Below are positions 46,579 to 56,426 of a DNA stretch of 64,000 nt, one piece after another; the first letter of the stretch is position 1; each line of letters starts with the position of its first letter. The stretch comes from a virus (taxonomy: Duplodnaviria; Caudoviricetes), in IMG/VR virus record IMGVR_UViG_2546826724_000006, positions 1-64,000 of that record. The stretch is one strand, 5' to 3'. The notes beneath the pieces were generated by a model, which ran no database searches, was not told the origin of the DNA, and was given only the letters and a program-made list of their open reading frames with translations. The translations under genes were made by a program, and so were the position numbers.

Positions 46579-47253
46579 GTGAGCAACGAACTTATGTCAT
46601 TCCACGACCACCGCACGCCGCGCATCGCGGCTGTGCTTCCGACTGCCAAGCGGCAGTACGGACCCGTCACGCTCGCCATCCGAGCGATGCGCGCCGCCTA
46701 CGGCATCAATGCCAAGGCCCCGGCCCGTCGAGCCGGCCCCGTCACCGAAGCCATCCGCACCATGCGGGCCGCCGTGCCGGACTTCGATGCCAACCCCGAC
46801 CTCATTGCCCTGCGCCGGGCGCTCGCTAATCGGATCGAGACGGACATTGCCGCGCTCGACATGCTGGGCGGGGATCCGGACCTTGAGTCGGATTTTGTCA
46901 TGGAGGAGTGCGCCGCCAACGGCACGCTCTACCTGCGCGGCAGATCCTCGGACGACGAGCCGAGCTTGTGCGGCGCAGGTACTCACGAAGGCGGCGTGCT
47001 CGGCGGTCTGACGCCATCGCAGGGCGGTGACGACCGTGAGGACGAGAACGAGCACGGCGGCGACGTTCAGGACGAACCGCACGATCCCGAGGAGGACGGC
47101 GACGTTCATGAGATCGGCACGGCGGTCGCGGGTTTCGACGGGACCAACTATCTGCGCACAAGCCTGAACCGTCGCGTCAGCGTCATTCCGCGCGGCGTCG
47201 TGATCGTTGGACCGGACGGCGCGGGTTACACCGTGTCGCGGGTGGCGCGATGA
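46579..47253 (+). CDS. Hypothetical protein (immunity operon)
   Basis: IAALDMLGGDPDLE followed by an acidic tract. Confidence 0.6.
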   Translation: MSNELMSFHDHRTPRIAAVLPTAKRQYGPVTLAIRAMRAAYGINAKAPARRAGPVTEAIRTMRAAVPDFDANPDLIALRRALANRIETDIAALDMLGGDPDLESDFVMEECAANGTLYLRGRSSDDEPSLCGAGTHEGGVLGGLTPSQGGDDREDENEHGGDVQDEPHDPEEDGDVHEIGTAVAGFDGTNYLRTSLNRRVSVIPRGVVIVGPDGAGYTVSRVAR

Positions 47254-47765
47254 CCGCCTCCACCCGTCGCGCCGCGCTCGGCGCCATCCTCGCGGCTCCG
47301 CTGGCATCCGTGCCCGCCGTCGCCGCTCCCGAACGAGCGGACTATCGCGCTCGGCTACTCGCCGCCTATGCGGACGACAGAGCTTGCCGTCCGATCAACT
47401 GCGTCGCTGAGATGGGCTCTTTTGAGGATGAGGTTTGCGATCACATCCTTTTGCACTCATGGGCCGTGCAGACGGAGGTAGCGACACTGCCGCCGCCAGC
47501 CACTCTCGAGGGATTGGCGCTCGCCGCGATAGCGACGGCGCTCGCTTGGGAAGGGGAGGATCCGAAGTCTGAGTCGAAGGACGCCTGCGCCATCGGTTTG
47601 ATCCGTGCCGTTCTGGCGTTCACTGGCGCCACCATGCCGGCAGGCTTCATCGGCTTTGCTGATGAGCCGGATCACATGGCGCGCGACAAAGCCGTTCATG
47701 ATGAACGGCCTGGACGCCTCGCGGCGTGGGCGGTTGCGAAAGCGCAGGTGCAGTCATGCGCCTGA
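47250..47765 (+). CDS. Hypothetical protein
   Basis: TRRAALG N-terminus; PATLEGL motif. Confidence 0.6.
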   Translation: MTASTRRAALGAILAAPLASVPAVAAPERADYRARLLAAYADDRACRPINCVAEMGSFEDEVCDHILLHSWAVQTEVATLPPPATLEGLALAAIATALAWEGEDPKSESKDACAIGLIRAVLAFTGATMPAGFIGFADEPDHMARDKAVHDERPGRLAAWAVAKAQVQSCA

Positions 47766-48064
47766 TCTATTCCTTCCTCGCCGTCTGGCAGATCCGGCTT
47801 GCCCGGTTCGACATCGCCCGATCCGAACGCCTTACCGACGATGCGCAGGAAGCCTTCGCCAAGGCCGGCGAGCGAGCACGTCTCGCAGACCGTCTCATGG
47901 TTCGGGCGGGCCTGCCCGTCATCTTCGGACGCTGATACCCGGCCCGGCCGCTCGCGCGGTCGGAATTGTCGCCAAGTTGGCGGCATATGCCCCGAGCCCG
48001 GCCGGGCCTCACGACAGCCCTCGGCGCAATTCCGTGCCGGGGGCATCTTCGTGAGGATGCCACC

Positions 48065-48835
48065 ATGACACAGACCATGCCGGTCCTGGCGGTCCACGAC
48101 GGACGCCCGATGGCCGATAGCCGCGACGTAGCAGCTACGTTCGGGAAAGAGCACAAGCACGTGTTGGAAGCCTATCGGAACTGCCATTGCAGCGCCGGCT
48201 TCCGGGAGACGAATTTTCGACCGTTCAAAATCAAGGACTTAACCGGCGAGAGCACCAGCCACGTCCTGATGACGAAGAATGGCTTTGCCTTCCTCGTGCT
48301 CGGCTTCACGGGCGCAGCGGCGGCGGTGTTCAAGGAGGCATACGTTGAGCGCTTCGACGCGATGGAAGCGGAGCTGCGTCGCCAGTCTGGTCCGGTTGTG
48401 CCTCAGAGCCTGCCAGAAGCTCTCAGGCTGGCGGCGGACCTCGCTGAGCAGGTAGCCACGCAAAAGGCCGAGATCGCCGTCCTGGCGCCCCGTAGCGAGG
48501 CCCTGGCGGTCATCTCTGACGCGGACGGCTCGCTGTGCGTGACCGACGCTGCAAAGGCCCTACAGATGCCGCCGGGCGAGCTGTGGGCCTACCTGCTCAG
48601 CGCGCAGTGGATCTACCGCCGGGAGAAGGACGGGCACCCCGTCGCCTACCAGTCCAAGCTGACGGCCGGCTACCTTGAGCACAAGGTGGTCCCGATCCCG
48701 ACCGCCCCCGGTAAGACCTGGGCTCGGCAACAGGTCCGCATCACGCCGAAGGGCCTAACCGCCCTCGCGCAGCGGATCCCCCTCGACCGGCCGGGCGGAT
48801 TGTTCGGCCGCCTCGCCGCGCCCGCCAGCGCCTAA
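48065..48835 (+). CDS. Rha-family regulator fused to an antirepressor (ANT/KilAC) domain
   Basis: DSRDVAATFGKEHKHVL, MTKNGFAFLVLGFTG, PQSLPEALRLAADLAE, QVRITPKG. Confidence 0.88.
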   Translation: MTQTMPVLAVHDGRPMADSRDVAATFGKEHKHVLEAYRNCHCSAGFRETNFRPFKIKDLTGESTSHVLMTKNGFAFLVLGFTGAAAAVFKEAYVERFDAMEAELRRQSGPVVPQSLPEALRLAADLAEQVATQKAEIAVLAPRSEALAVISDADGSLCVTDAAKALQMPPGELWAYLLSAQWIYRREKDGHPVAYQSKLTAGYLEHKVVPIPTAPGKTWARQQVRITPKGLTALAQRIPLDRPGGLFGRLAAPASA

Positions 48836-48885
48836 CCGCAACAGCCCGGCCGTGGCTGGCGGCCGGGCGCACTAGGAGATCAGAC

Positions 48886-50022
48886 ATGGCAAGCGTCCGA
48901 CTGAGGCGGTGCAAGGGCAAGAAGGGGGCGATGGTTGAGGTTTGGGTCGTGGAGTGGACCGACGCCAAGCGCAAGCGGCATCGCCATACCCCAAGGCCCA
49001 ACACCAAGGCCGCCGCCGACAAACTCGCGCGTAAGCTCGAAAAGGATCCGCACCTTTCGAATAGATTTCTACCGATCACCGTCAAAGACGTTTGCATGAA
49101 TTGGCTTCGCCATATTGAGCAACGTTATGAGGACGGGGACAACATGTCTATGGAAAAACTCCGGCAAAATTGGAGCATCGTTTTCAAAAACATCATTCCA
49201 TATCTGGGCGATCTTAAGGCGGCCGATCTGTCGCCAATCCATGTGCAAGAATTTTCCGACATGATGAGAGACAAAAGACGTGGAGCCAAGTCTCCAATCG
49301 TAATCAGGAACACAATCAGCGTACTTGGTCGCGCCCTTACCGAAGCGCAGCGGCTTGAGATTATCCCTCGCAACGTCGTTAAGGACGTGCCGCCACATAT
49401 GCCGAAGATACCGAAGGCTTCGATCGAAGTTCCGGACCGATCTGACCTGCGCCAGTTGCTAAACAATGCGGACGGCGCAATCGGCCTTATGGTCCGCATA
49501 GCTATCTTCACGGGCTTGAGAGTGGGAGAAATCCGCGCGCTGATGTGGCCACAAATTGATTTTGAGAAAAACTTGATCCACGTCAAACATTCTGCGACGC
49601 CTAGAGGAAAGATCAAAACTCCGAAAACAAAGGCTGGAAATCGAACTGTCCCAATACCGCCGATGCTGACCTCTGAACTCCGTAAATGGAAGATTGCCAA
49701 TATCTCAAATCGAATGGGCTTTCTGTTCCCCAACTCAAGATGCCCAGCAGAATTGGCGATAAGCCAAACACAGGTTCAGAATTTGTGGCGAAGGCTTAAA
49801 GTTAAGAGCGAGGTTAAGCCAATTCATTTCCATGCCTTGCGGCACGCAGCGGCCAGCTTGTTCATCGAAACAGGTCTCTCTCCGCAGAGACTAAAGGTCC
49901 TTATGGGGCACGCAAATATCAACATGACTTTCGATACCTACGGCTATCTCTTCCCGGACGACGGTGCGGCACACATTGCTAGTACGCAAGTGGAGACCAC
50001 TCTACTGAACGGGGTGCTGTGA
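48886..50022 (+). CDS. Tyrosine integrase A (satellite; AT-richer)
   Basis: TGLRVGEI, PKTKAG, FHALRH, MGH, TYGY. Confidence 0.9.
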   Translation: MASVRLRRCKGKKGAMVEVWVVEWTDAKRKRHRHTPRPNTKAAADKLARKLEKDPHLSNRFLPITVKDVCMNWLRHIEQRYEDGDNMSMEKLRQNWSIVFKNIIPYLGDLKAADLSPIHVQEFSDMMRDKRRGAKSPIVIRNTISVLGRALTEAQRLEIIPRNVVKDVPPHMPKIPKASIEVPDRSDLRQLLNNADGAIGLMVRIAIFTGLRVGEIRALMWPQIDFEKNLIHVKHSATPRGKIKTPKTKAGNRTVPIPPMLTSELRKWKIANISNRMGFLFPNSRCPAELAISQTQVQNLWRRLKVKSEVKPIHFHALRHAAASLFIETGLSPQRLKVLMGHANINMTFDTYGYLFPDDGAAHIASTQVETTLLNGVL

Positions 50023-50023
50023 G

Positions 50024-51238
50024 ATGGCTAGCGTTCGCAAAAGAACCTGGACTGGGCCGGACGGGAAACCCTGTGAGACCTGGACCGTGGAGTTCACCGA
50101 CTCTGATGGTCGCCGTCGCCGTGAGACACCTAAGAGCGGTCTCAAGAAGGATGCCGAGGCAATCCGCAAGCGGATTGAGCGGGAGATGGACGACGGGACG
50201 TTCGTGGCCGCCTCGCAAACCGTGACGGTGGCCGCGCTTTGTGACCGCTATCGCGAGCATGTGGAGGCCAAGCTCCGTGACGGTCGAATTGGTCCCGCTC
50301 GTATCATCCAGCTCGACTACCATTTCAAATCCATCAAGAAACATCTCGGATCCGTTCTGGCGACCGATTTGACCCCTGACATGATTGACCGGGCCTATGT
50401 AGCCCTTGTGAAAGACGACGGATTGGTGCCGACAACCGCTAAGCATCGGCTCTATACCCTGAAAATGATGCAGGACTTTGCCGTCAAGAAGGGGCTTATG
50501 GTGAAGCTCCCGGCCGATGCCGCGCTCAAGGAATTGCGGGGCATCGAACGGAAGCCCATCCGAACCTTCAGTCGGGACGACGCGGTATTGCTCATAAAGA
50601 CCGCCTCGGTCCGCCGACCAGGAGGACGGCCGTACAATGCGGCTCTACTGGAATGCCTTGTCAACCTTGCCGCGTTCTGCGGGCTTCGGTACGGGGAGAT
50701 TATTGGTCTCACGCGCGCGAACGTGGATTTGACGGGGCGCATGATCCATGTGCGTCAGAGCTTCTGTCGCTATACGGTGAAACTGAAGGGACCAAAGACA
50801 GCGGCGGGCGTGCGGGATGTCCCGATGCCTATGCATGTCGTCGCTCTTGTGCGGCGTTGGATTGAAACCTACTCTGTTCCGAACAGCCTCGACCTCGTGT
50901 TCACCATTGCTGAAGGGAAGTGGCTGGAGCAATCCAATTTCCGCAACAACATGTGGCTCCCGTTGCTGAAGCGCGCAGGGCTTGAGCACAGCGATGCGCT
51001 GCACTTCCACAGCCTTCGGCACTTCGCGGCGTCGTGGATGATCGAGTGCGGCATGCCGCTCACCGATGTGGCGCGGATCATGGGGCACAGCAAATTCGAC
51101 ATGACGTTGCAGGTTTACGCGCACCCAGTGCATTCGCCGGCTCATGCGCGCGAAGCGATTGATCGCATGGCGGATCGGTTCCTAGCGCTGCCGAAGACCA
51201 TCGAACTGCCGGTAGCGGCGCCACAGATTGAAGCCTAG
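50024..51238 (+). CDS. Tyrosine integrase B (satellite; next to attR)
   Basis: CGLRYGEI, PKTAAG, FHSLRH, MGH, VYAH. Confidence 0.92.
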   Translation: MASVRKRTWTGPDGKPCETWTVEFTDSDGRRRRETPKSGLKKDAEAIRKRIEREMDDGTFVAASQTVTVAALCDRYREHVEAKLRDGRIGPARIIQLDYHFKSIKKHLGSVLATDLTPDMIDRAYVALVKDDGLVPTTAKHRLYTLKMMQDFAVKKGLMVKLPADAALKELRGIERKPIRTFSRDDAVLLIKTASVRRPGGRPYNAALLECLVNLAAFCGLRYGEIIGLTRANVDLTGRMIHVRQSFCRYTVKLKGPKTAAGVRDVPMPMHVVALVRRWIETYSVPNSLDLVFTIAEGKWLEQSNFRNNMWLPLLKRAGLEHSDALHFHSLRHFAASWMIECGMPLTDVARIMGHSKFDMTLQVYAHPVHSPAHAREAIDRMADRFLALPKTIELPVAAPQIEA

Positions 51239-51303
51239 GCGCGCCATGAGCGCGCCATGGCAAAAAATGCCACGCTAAATCAGAGGGTTAGTGGGTGTAA
51301 ATT

Positions 51304-51317
51304 TACCAGACCATCTC
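51304..51317 (+). repeat. attR core TACCAGACCATCTC
   Basis: Direct repeat of 32997-33010. Confidence 0.9.
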
Positions 51318-51999
51318 TGAGTACGGGGAGCTTGAGGTTGAGCGTGCCGGTCTCGCCGGCATCAACCTGGTCGCCGAAAAGGACAACGCTGCCGCGACCG
51401 TGATGGGTCGTCTTGAGAACACCGTGTCGTTCTACGGCGTGGCTGGGCTCCAGAATTACGGCTTCACTAACGACCCGTCGCTGTATGCCGTTCTGACCCC
51501 GGCGACGAAGGCTGCCGGCGGCACGACTTGGTTCACCACGGGCGGCGCCCCGAACGCCACGGCCAACGAGGTCTACAACGACTTCCTGTCCATGTTCGCG
51601 CAGCTCGTGAACCAGACTGCCGGCCTCGTCGAGGCTACCGATCGCTTGGTTTGGGCGCTCCCGCCGCAGCAGGCCGTCGCGCTGGGCTTCATCAACCAGT
51701 ACAACGTGAAGGTTCGTGAAGCCATTCAGGCCGAGTTCCCGAGCCTGCGCATCGTGACCGCCGTCCAGTACGGCAAGCAGAGCGCGCAGAGCCCGATGGG
51801 CCTGTCGGCCGGCAACATGACCCAGCTCTTCGCCGAGACGATTGACGGTCAGGAGACGGGCTTCAACGCCTACGCCGAGAAGATGCGCTCGCACAACGTC
51901 GTCACCGACCTGTCGAGCTACAAGAAGAAGTGGTCGGGCGCGACCTGGGGTGCCGTGATCAAGGTCCCCTATGCCATCGTCGGCATGGTGGGCATCTGA
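51304..51999 (+). CDS. Major capsid protein, 3' part
   Basis: Open frame from the repeat (YQTISEYGELEVERAG...FYGVAGLQNYGFTNDP...GMVGI); in frame with the 5' part. Confidence 0.88.
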   Translation, partial: YQTISEYGELEVERAGLAGINLVAEKDNAAATVMGRLENTVSFYGVAGLQNYGFTNDPSLYAVLTPATKAAGGTTWFTTGGAPNATANEVYNDFLSMFAQLVNQTAGLVEATDRLVWALPPQQAVALGFINQYNVKVREAIQAEFPSLRIVTAVQYGKQSAQSPMGLSAGNMTQLFAETIDGQETGFNAYAEKMRSHNVVTDLSSYKKKWSGATWGAVIKVPYAIVGMVGI

Positions 52000-52000
52000 T

Positions 52001-52498
52001 ATGGCGCAGCCCCAGCACAACCCCCTGCCGCGCCAGGGTATCGCGCCGACGAACACTATCACCACGGCTCGCGAGGTGGTCTCGGTCGCCTGCAAGATGC
52101 CGAACGGGATCATCCTGCGGACCTTCGTGCCGCGGACTGAGAGCGAACTCGTTCTCGGCGGCGGTTCCCGTGAGGTGACCGTCTATCGGGAGACCGAGGA
52201 TCAGATCGTGATCGGCGGAACCGCCGCGCGTATCGGTGATCCTCGCCCCCCGATCCTGGTTGAGGGCGGGTATCGCATCACGCAGAACGTCCCGAAGAGC
52301 CTATGGGATGCGTGGTACGCTGCGAACAAGCACTCGGATCTGGTCAAGAACCGTCTGATCTACGCCAGCGAGAAGCGCGAGGACGCCGAGGCATTCTCCC
52401 GCGAGCACGAGAGTGTCGTGACCGGGCTGGAGGGGATTGATCCCGCCAACCCCGGCAAGCGCGTCCGCGGCATCGTCCCGGGCGATAAGCCCAAGTAG
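52001..52498 (+). CDS. Virion-associated protein, paralog 1
   Basis: VACKMPNGIIL...LWDAWYAANKHSDL. Confidence 0.7.
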   Translation: MAQPQHNPLPRQGIAPTNTITTAREVVSVACKMPNGIILRTFVPRTESELVLGGGSREVTVYRETEDQIVIGGTAARIGDPRPPILVEGGYRITQNVPKSLWDAWYAANKHSDLVKNRLIYASEKREDAEAFSREHESVVTGLEGIDPANPGKRVRGIVPGDKPK

Positions 52499-52518
52499 CA
52501 GCCCGACAGGAGAGCGTC

Positions 52519-52950
52519 ATGGCTAAAACGGTCAAGGTCGGCTGCCGTATGCCCGGCGGCATTCGTCTTCAGGTCCCCGATTGGGTTCAGGGTCCCGATG
52601 GCGAGAAGACCCTCAAGACGGTCGCAATCTACGACATCGCCGGCAGCAACCGGCACATCGGCGGTGTGCCTGGCGGCCTGCACCACGAAGACGACGCCAC
52701 CTTCACGGAGATCCCTGCGGATCACTGGGAGAAGTGGTACGAGATGAACAAGGACAGCGATCTCGCCACCAGCGGCGCCATCTTCAAGGGTCCCGCGAAG
52801 GCCGATGTCGCCGATCCGGCGCTGGCCGCCGACCCTGTGCAGGCGGAAGCCGAGATGCAGCGCCAGGTGCTCGGCGAGCAGCAGTCGACCGACCCGAAGG
52901 CCGATGCGGAAGCCGCTAAGGGGCGCACCCGCGCCGCCAAGCAGGCCTAA
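52519..52950 (+). CDS. Virion-associated protein, paralog 2
   Basis: VGCRMPGGIRL...WEKWYEMNKDSDL. Confidence 0.7.
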   Translation: MAKTVKVGCRMPGGIRLQVPDWVQGPDGEKTLKTVAIYDIAGSNRHIGGVPGGLHHEDDATFTEIPADHWEKWYEMNKDSDLATSGAIFKGPAKADVADPALAADPVQAEAEMQRQVLGEQQSTDPKADAEAAKGRTRAAKQA

Positions 52951-52962
52951 GGGAGCGACGCC

Positions 52963-53391
52963 ATGGCTGAGACCGTGAAGATCGGGTGCCGCGTTCCGAG
53001 CGGCCTCCGCCTGCGCGTCTACGAGATGCAGGAGACCCCTGAGGGCCAGATGGCCGTCGAGGTCGGCATGATCGAGCTTGCCGGCTCCGGCGACCTGTCG
53101 GCGCCTGAGGGCGATGCCACGTACTCGGAGGTCGATGCCGGCCTCTGGGACAAGTGGCTCGCCATGAACAAGGACAGCGACCTGATCGCCAACCGGACCG
53201 TCTACAAGGGCAATGCGTCCGCGAAGACCCCGGCTGAGAAGGAAGCGGCGGCGGCTCCCGCCTCGGCGCCTGAGAAGCCCGCTGACAAGCCCGTAGCGGC
53301 CCCGTCGTCCGCTTCGACCGCGTCCACGGCCTCGACTGCCTCGACGTCGTCGACCGCCGTCTCCGGCCTCGACAAGCCCAAGGCGCCCTGA
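52963..53391 (+). CDS. Virion-associated protein, paralog 3
   Basis: IGCRVPSGLRL...WDKWLAMNKDSDL. Confidence 0.7.
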   Translation: MAETVKIGCRVPSGLRLRVYEMQETPEGQMAVEVGMIELAGSGDLSAPEGDATYSEVDAGLWDKWLAMNKDSDLIANRTVYKGNASAKTPAEKEAAAAPASAPEKPADKPVAAPSSASTASTASTASTSSTAVSGLDKPKAP

Positions 53392-53411
53392 TCTAGGCGG
53401 GAGCACCCATC

Positions 53412-53852
53412 ATGGGGGCGATAGCGACCTTCAACTATCAGGCGTGGAAGGCTCGCTATCCCGAGTTCGGCACCGTCTCGCAGGATCTGGCGACCGCCTA
53501 CTTCGCAGAGGCGACGCTGTATCTGCGGAACGATGGCACGGGGCCGGTGCAGGATGCCGGGCAGCAGCTCCTCTTATTGGGAATGCTGACCGCCCACATA
53601 GCGAAGCTGAACGCGCTGAACGACGATGGGTCGTCTGCTTCTGGCTTGGTTGGGCCTATCACCGCCGCGTCGGAAGGCTCGGTTTCGGTGAGCAGCGGGC
53701 TGGTCGTCGAGTCTGGCACGGCTGGCTGGTTCCAGCAGACGCCCTACGGCTACGCCTTCTGGAACGCGACGGCCCCCTATCGCGCGATGCGGTACGTGCC
53801 GAGCCGCAGGGCCTACAGCACCGGTTATGGCGGCTACGGGCGGGTGTGGTGA
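53412..53852 (+). CDS. Head-tail connector (DUF4054)
   Basis: ARYPEF, LTAHIA, SEGSVSVS, WFQQTPYG. Confidence 0.85.
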   Translation: MGAIATFNYQAWKARYPEFGTVSQDLATAYFAEATLYLRNDGTGPVQDAGQQLLLLGMLTAHIAKLNALNDDGSSASGLVGPITAASEGSVSVSSGLVVESGTAGWFQQTPYGYAFWNATAPYRAMRYVPSRRAYSTGYGGYGRVW

Positions 53853-53884
53853 TCGCCCTGGCGACACGTTCAATTGGTCATTTG

Positions 53885-56098
53885 TCATTCGGGGTTGATC
53901 CCGGCCTGAAACCGTGCCCACGCCCGATCCACGATGCGCCTATTTTCATCATCGGCCGGCGGCAGGCTTCCGTCCGGCGGCACATCAAGCAGCACGTCCA
54001 GGGCATTGCGCAGCATCTTCGCGGATGCCGTCTTGCCCATGCCATCAAGCTCTTGGGCAACGCCTTCGATCGCGGCGGCGGCATCCAAGCAGGACTGCTC
54101 TTTTATCATTCTAAACTCCCTTCTTTAGGCGGGTATCCGACATTCGAGGTTGCTGAGCCCAACGCTGGCCATCAGGTCGATTGTGGCTTTGGAGGTTGAT
54201 GGGACGCGTCCAAGCATCCGGATCGAATTTGCCGTTCCGCCTCTCGAACGATGGCACGAACCCACACCCGCCCATCTTCGCTAAGCTCATCCCATTCGCA
54301 GGCGTAGTAGGCCTCACGCAACACGTTGGGTGAGTTGCATATAACTTGAGGGTCAAGGTGATTGTCGTTCATGGCGCTCAGATCTTGTCATTCGTCAGAC
54401 GGGATCGATGGCTCCACGATCGGCGTCCAGTGCGTGTGATAGCCGGGCCAATTCTCGCAAGTCGGCGATCCGCAGTAGGGCGGCTCTACGATCGGGAAGC
54501 GCCACCAAAGCACGTAGCGATCTTCTTCGGTCCACTCAGATCGTGGGCGAGCGTTCATCCGAATTGGCCCCAATCGATGTAGAAGATGAGGACCAGCGCC
54601 ACCGCTATGAAAACGGTCGGCAGGTCTGACGCGCTCATTCGGGAAGAGCTTCCTCGGCGGCCTGAACTGCGCTGCGCAGCGTCGGATGATACGGGCCACC
54701 CTCGTCCATCTGCCAGTTGGCGTAGGCGACAAGCGTGCGAAGGTGTTTGGCTAAAATCGCATTTCGATGCGGATGACTGTTCCTCACCCCCGGGCTTTCC
54801 ACCGATGAGTAAGCGTTCCCGGCATCGCAGATCATCCGGGCCAATCCGCGGTCGGTCGCATCGCTGCCTGTGGCAAGATCTACGACGACGACACCGCGTG
54901 CATCGCACACGCACCCAGGAGCGGCATCATCGATCCGCCAAGGAAGTGGAGCGTGGATGAAGTCGATCAGCGGGCGTCCTGGGCCGAAGCCCGCGGCCTC
55001 AAGATCCGCGTAATTGGTGTTTGTATAGTCGCGGGTTTCCACGGCATGCCGCGCCCGTGCGATGCGGTCAGCCGTGTCATCGTCCGGTCGATCCATCAGG
55101 GGCTGACCAAGTTGGGTCTTGACCATCTGCACTTGGCTTGGGCTCTCCGGGTTGGTGACCACGGGAGCGGAGGATAAGGTCGGGGCTGCCATTTCATTCC
55201 TCTCGATCATTCAGCCGCTTCGTCCAAGTCGCGCAAAAGCTCTCGCGGAACCGGGAAGCTGTTGCCGATCCCGTCAGCGTATTTGACCCACACCGCCTTG
55301 CCGTCGTCGCTGACGATGCGGACGCGGGGCCAGGACTCCACGCCCTCGTAGCTGCACCGCATCTCGCACTCTTGCCCGGCTTCGAACGGCACCCCTCATC
55401 TCCTCGGCAGCGGCGAAGTGGTCAGCGCCCACGCCATGAACGCGAGCCACGCGAGGCTGGGCAGCACGCCGCAAACGAAGCCGGTCGCGACCATGAGGAG
55501 GATGCCGACAGCTTCAGCCATCCGAAGGCCTCACGTTCATCGGATAAGCCGGATCGCGTCGGGGATCGGTAAGTGGCAGGACGGCGCGTAGGGCCTCTCT
55601 GATGGCGATCTGAAGCCCCGCGCATGCTTGGACGTTCGCCTTTGTACGTCGGACGCCCGCGGCTGTGGTTCCTGCGATCATCAGATCCAGACTGATCTGA
55701 TCGAGATCGGGAAGGCGCCTCATCTCAGTCCTCCCCGTCATCATCCGGCCGCCCAGCGGCGGCCTCGGCATCGCGGCGACTGGCATACGGGCCGTCGCAT
55801 TCCCCCGTGCTCCGATCGACCGCATACCAGCCGCGGTCGCGGTACTCGCCGTACTCCGGCGCGCCTGTGACGAACTCGATCCGCATCACAGCACCGCCTC
55901 GCGGGAGGGGGCGGTGCCTTCGAACGTGGCGGTGATCGAACCGCAGGGACGAACGGTGCCGACGCCCTGGTGCAGGCTGAGCAGCTTGCCCGCGCAATCG
56001 GAACGGCGAGCGTCGATCCAAGCCTGCATCGCGCCGAGGTCGGCGGTGATGAACGTGAACCCGTTGATGTGGCCGCGGAAGATCTTGGTGGTGGGCAT
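53885..56098 (-). other. Antisense accessory cassette of about eight short hypothetical ORFs
   Basis: Closely packed minus-strand ORFs (e.g. 55886-56098, 55725-55886, 55207-55392, 54635-55210, 54172-54372, 53885-54109) inside the late operon. Confidence 0.55.
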
Positions 56099-56132
56099 CG
56101 GGTGGCTCCGTCTCTGATGTAGACAGAGATAA

Positions 56133-56202
56133 CCAATTGCGGTAACGGTGTCAATATCCGCAATTGGATTTTGGTGCCCTTTGACGAACATTCCGCAATT
56201 GG
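56133..56202. promoter_or_regulatory. Divergent promoter region with three CCGCAATTGG sites
   Basis: 56133-56142 (inverted), 56158-56167 and 56193-56202; TTGACA on minus and TTGACG on plus. Confidence 0.6.
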
Positions 56203-56216
56203 ATACGGCCACCCGC

Positions 56217-56426
56217 ATGGGCCGGAAGCCGATCAAGCGCGACGTGCGAATGAAACAGTTCACTCACTGGCTCGACCCAGACGCGATGGCTCGCGTCGAA
56301 GCGCTGGTCGGCAAGATGAAGATCTCGGACTTCATGCGCGCTGCGGTCGAGCATGAATTGCAGCGCCGTGAGGCTTCCGATGGTTCAGATCAAAGGCGGC
56401 GAGGCATTGGAGAAGCACCTCGGTGA
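56217..56426 (+). CDS. Ribbon-helix-helix (CopG-like) regulator
   Basis: MGRKP...FTHWLDPDAMARVEALVG...SDFMRAAVEHEL. Confidence 0.7.
   Translation: MGRKPIKRDVRMKQFTHWLDPDAMARVEALVGKMKISDFMRAAVEHELQRREASDGSDQRRRGIGEAPR

Larger units (their letters stand above)
32997..51317 (+). mobile_element. Phage-satellite-like integrative element (~18.3 kb) inserted in the helper major capsid gene
   Basis: Flanking direct repeats; capsid frame continues across the junction; carries integrases, rep, terminase and tail genes. Confidence 0.9.

Noticed and set aside
32997-51317. Insert as a second complete prophage, a cf-PICI, an intron or an IS/transposon
   Set aside because: No recognisable capsid, portal, tube, sheath, lysis, reverse transcriptase or transposase gene; integrase/att organisation instead
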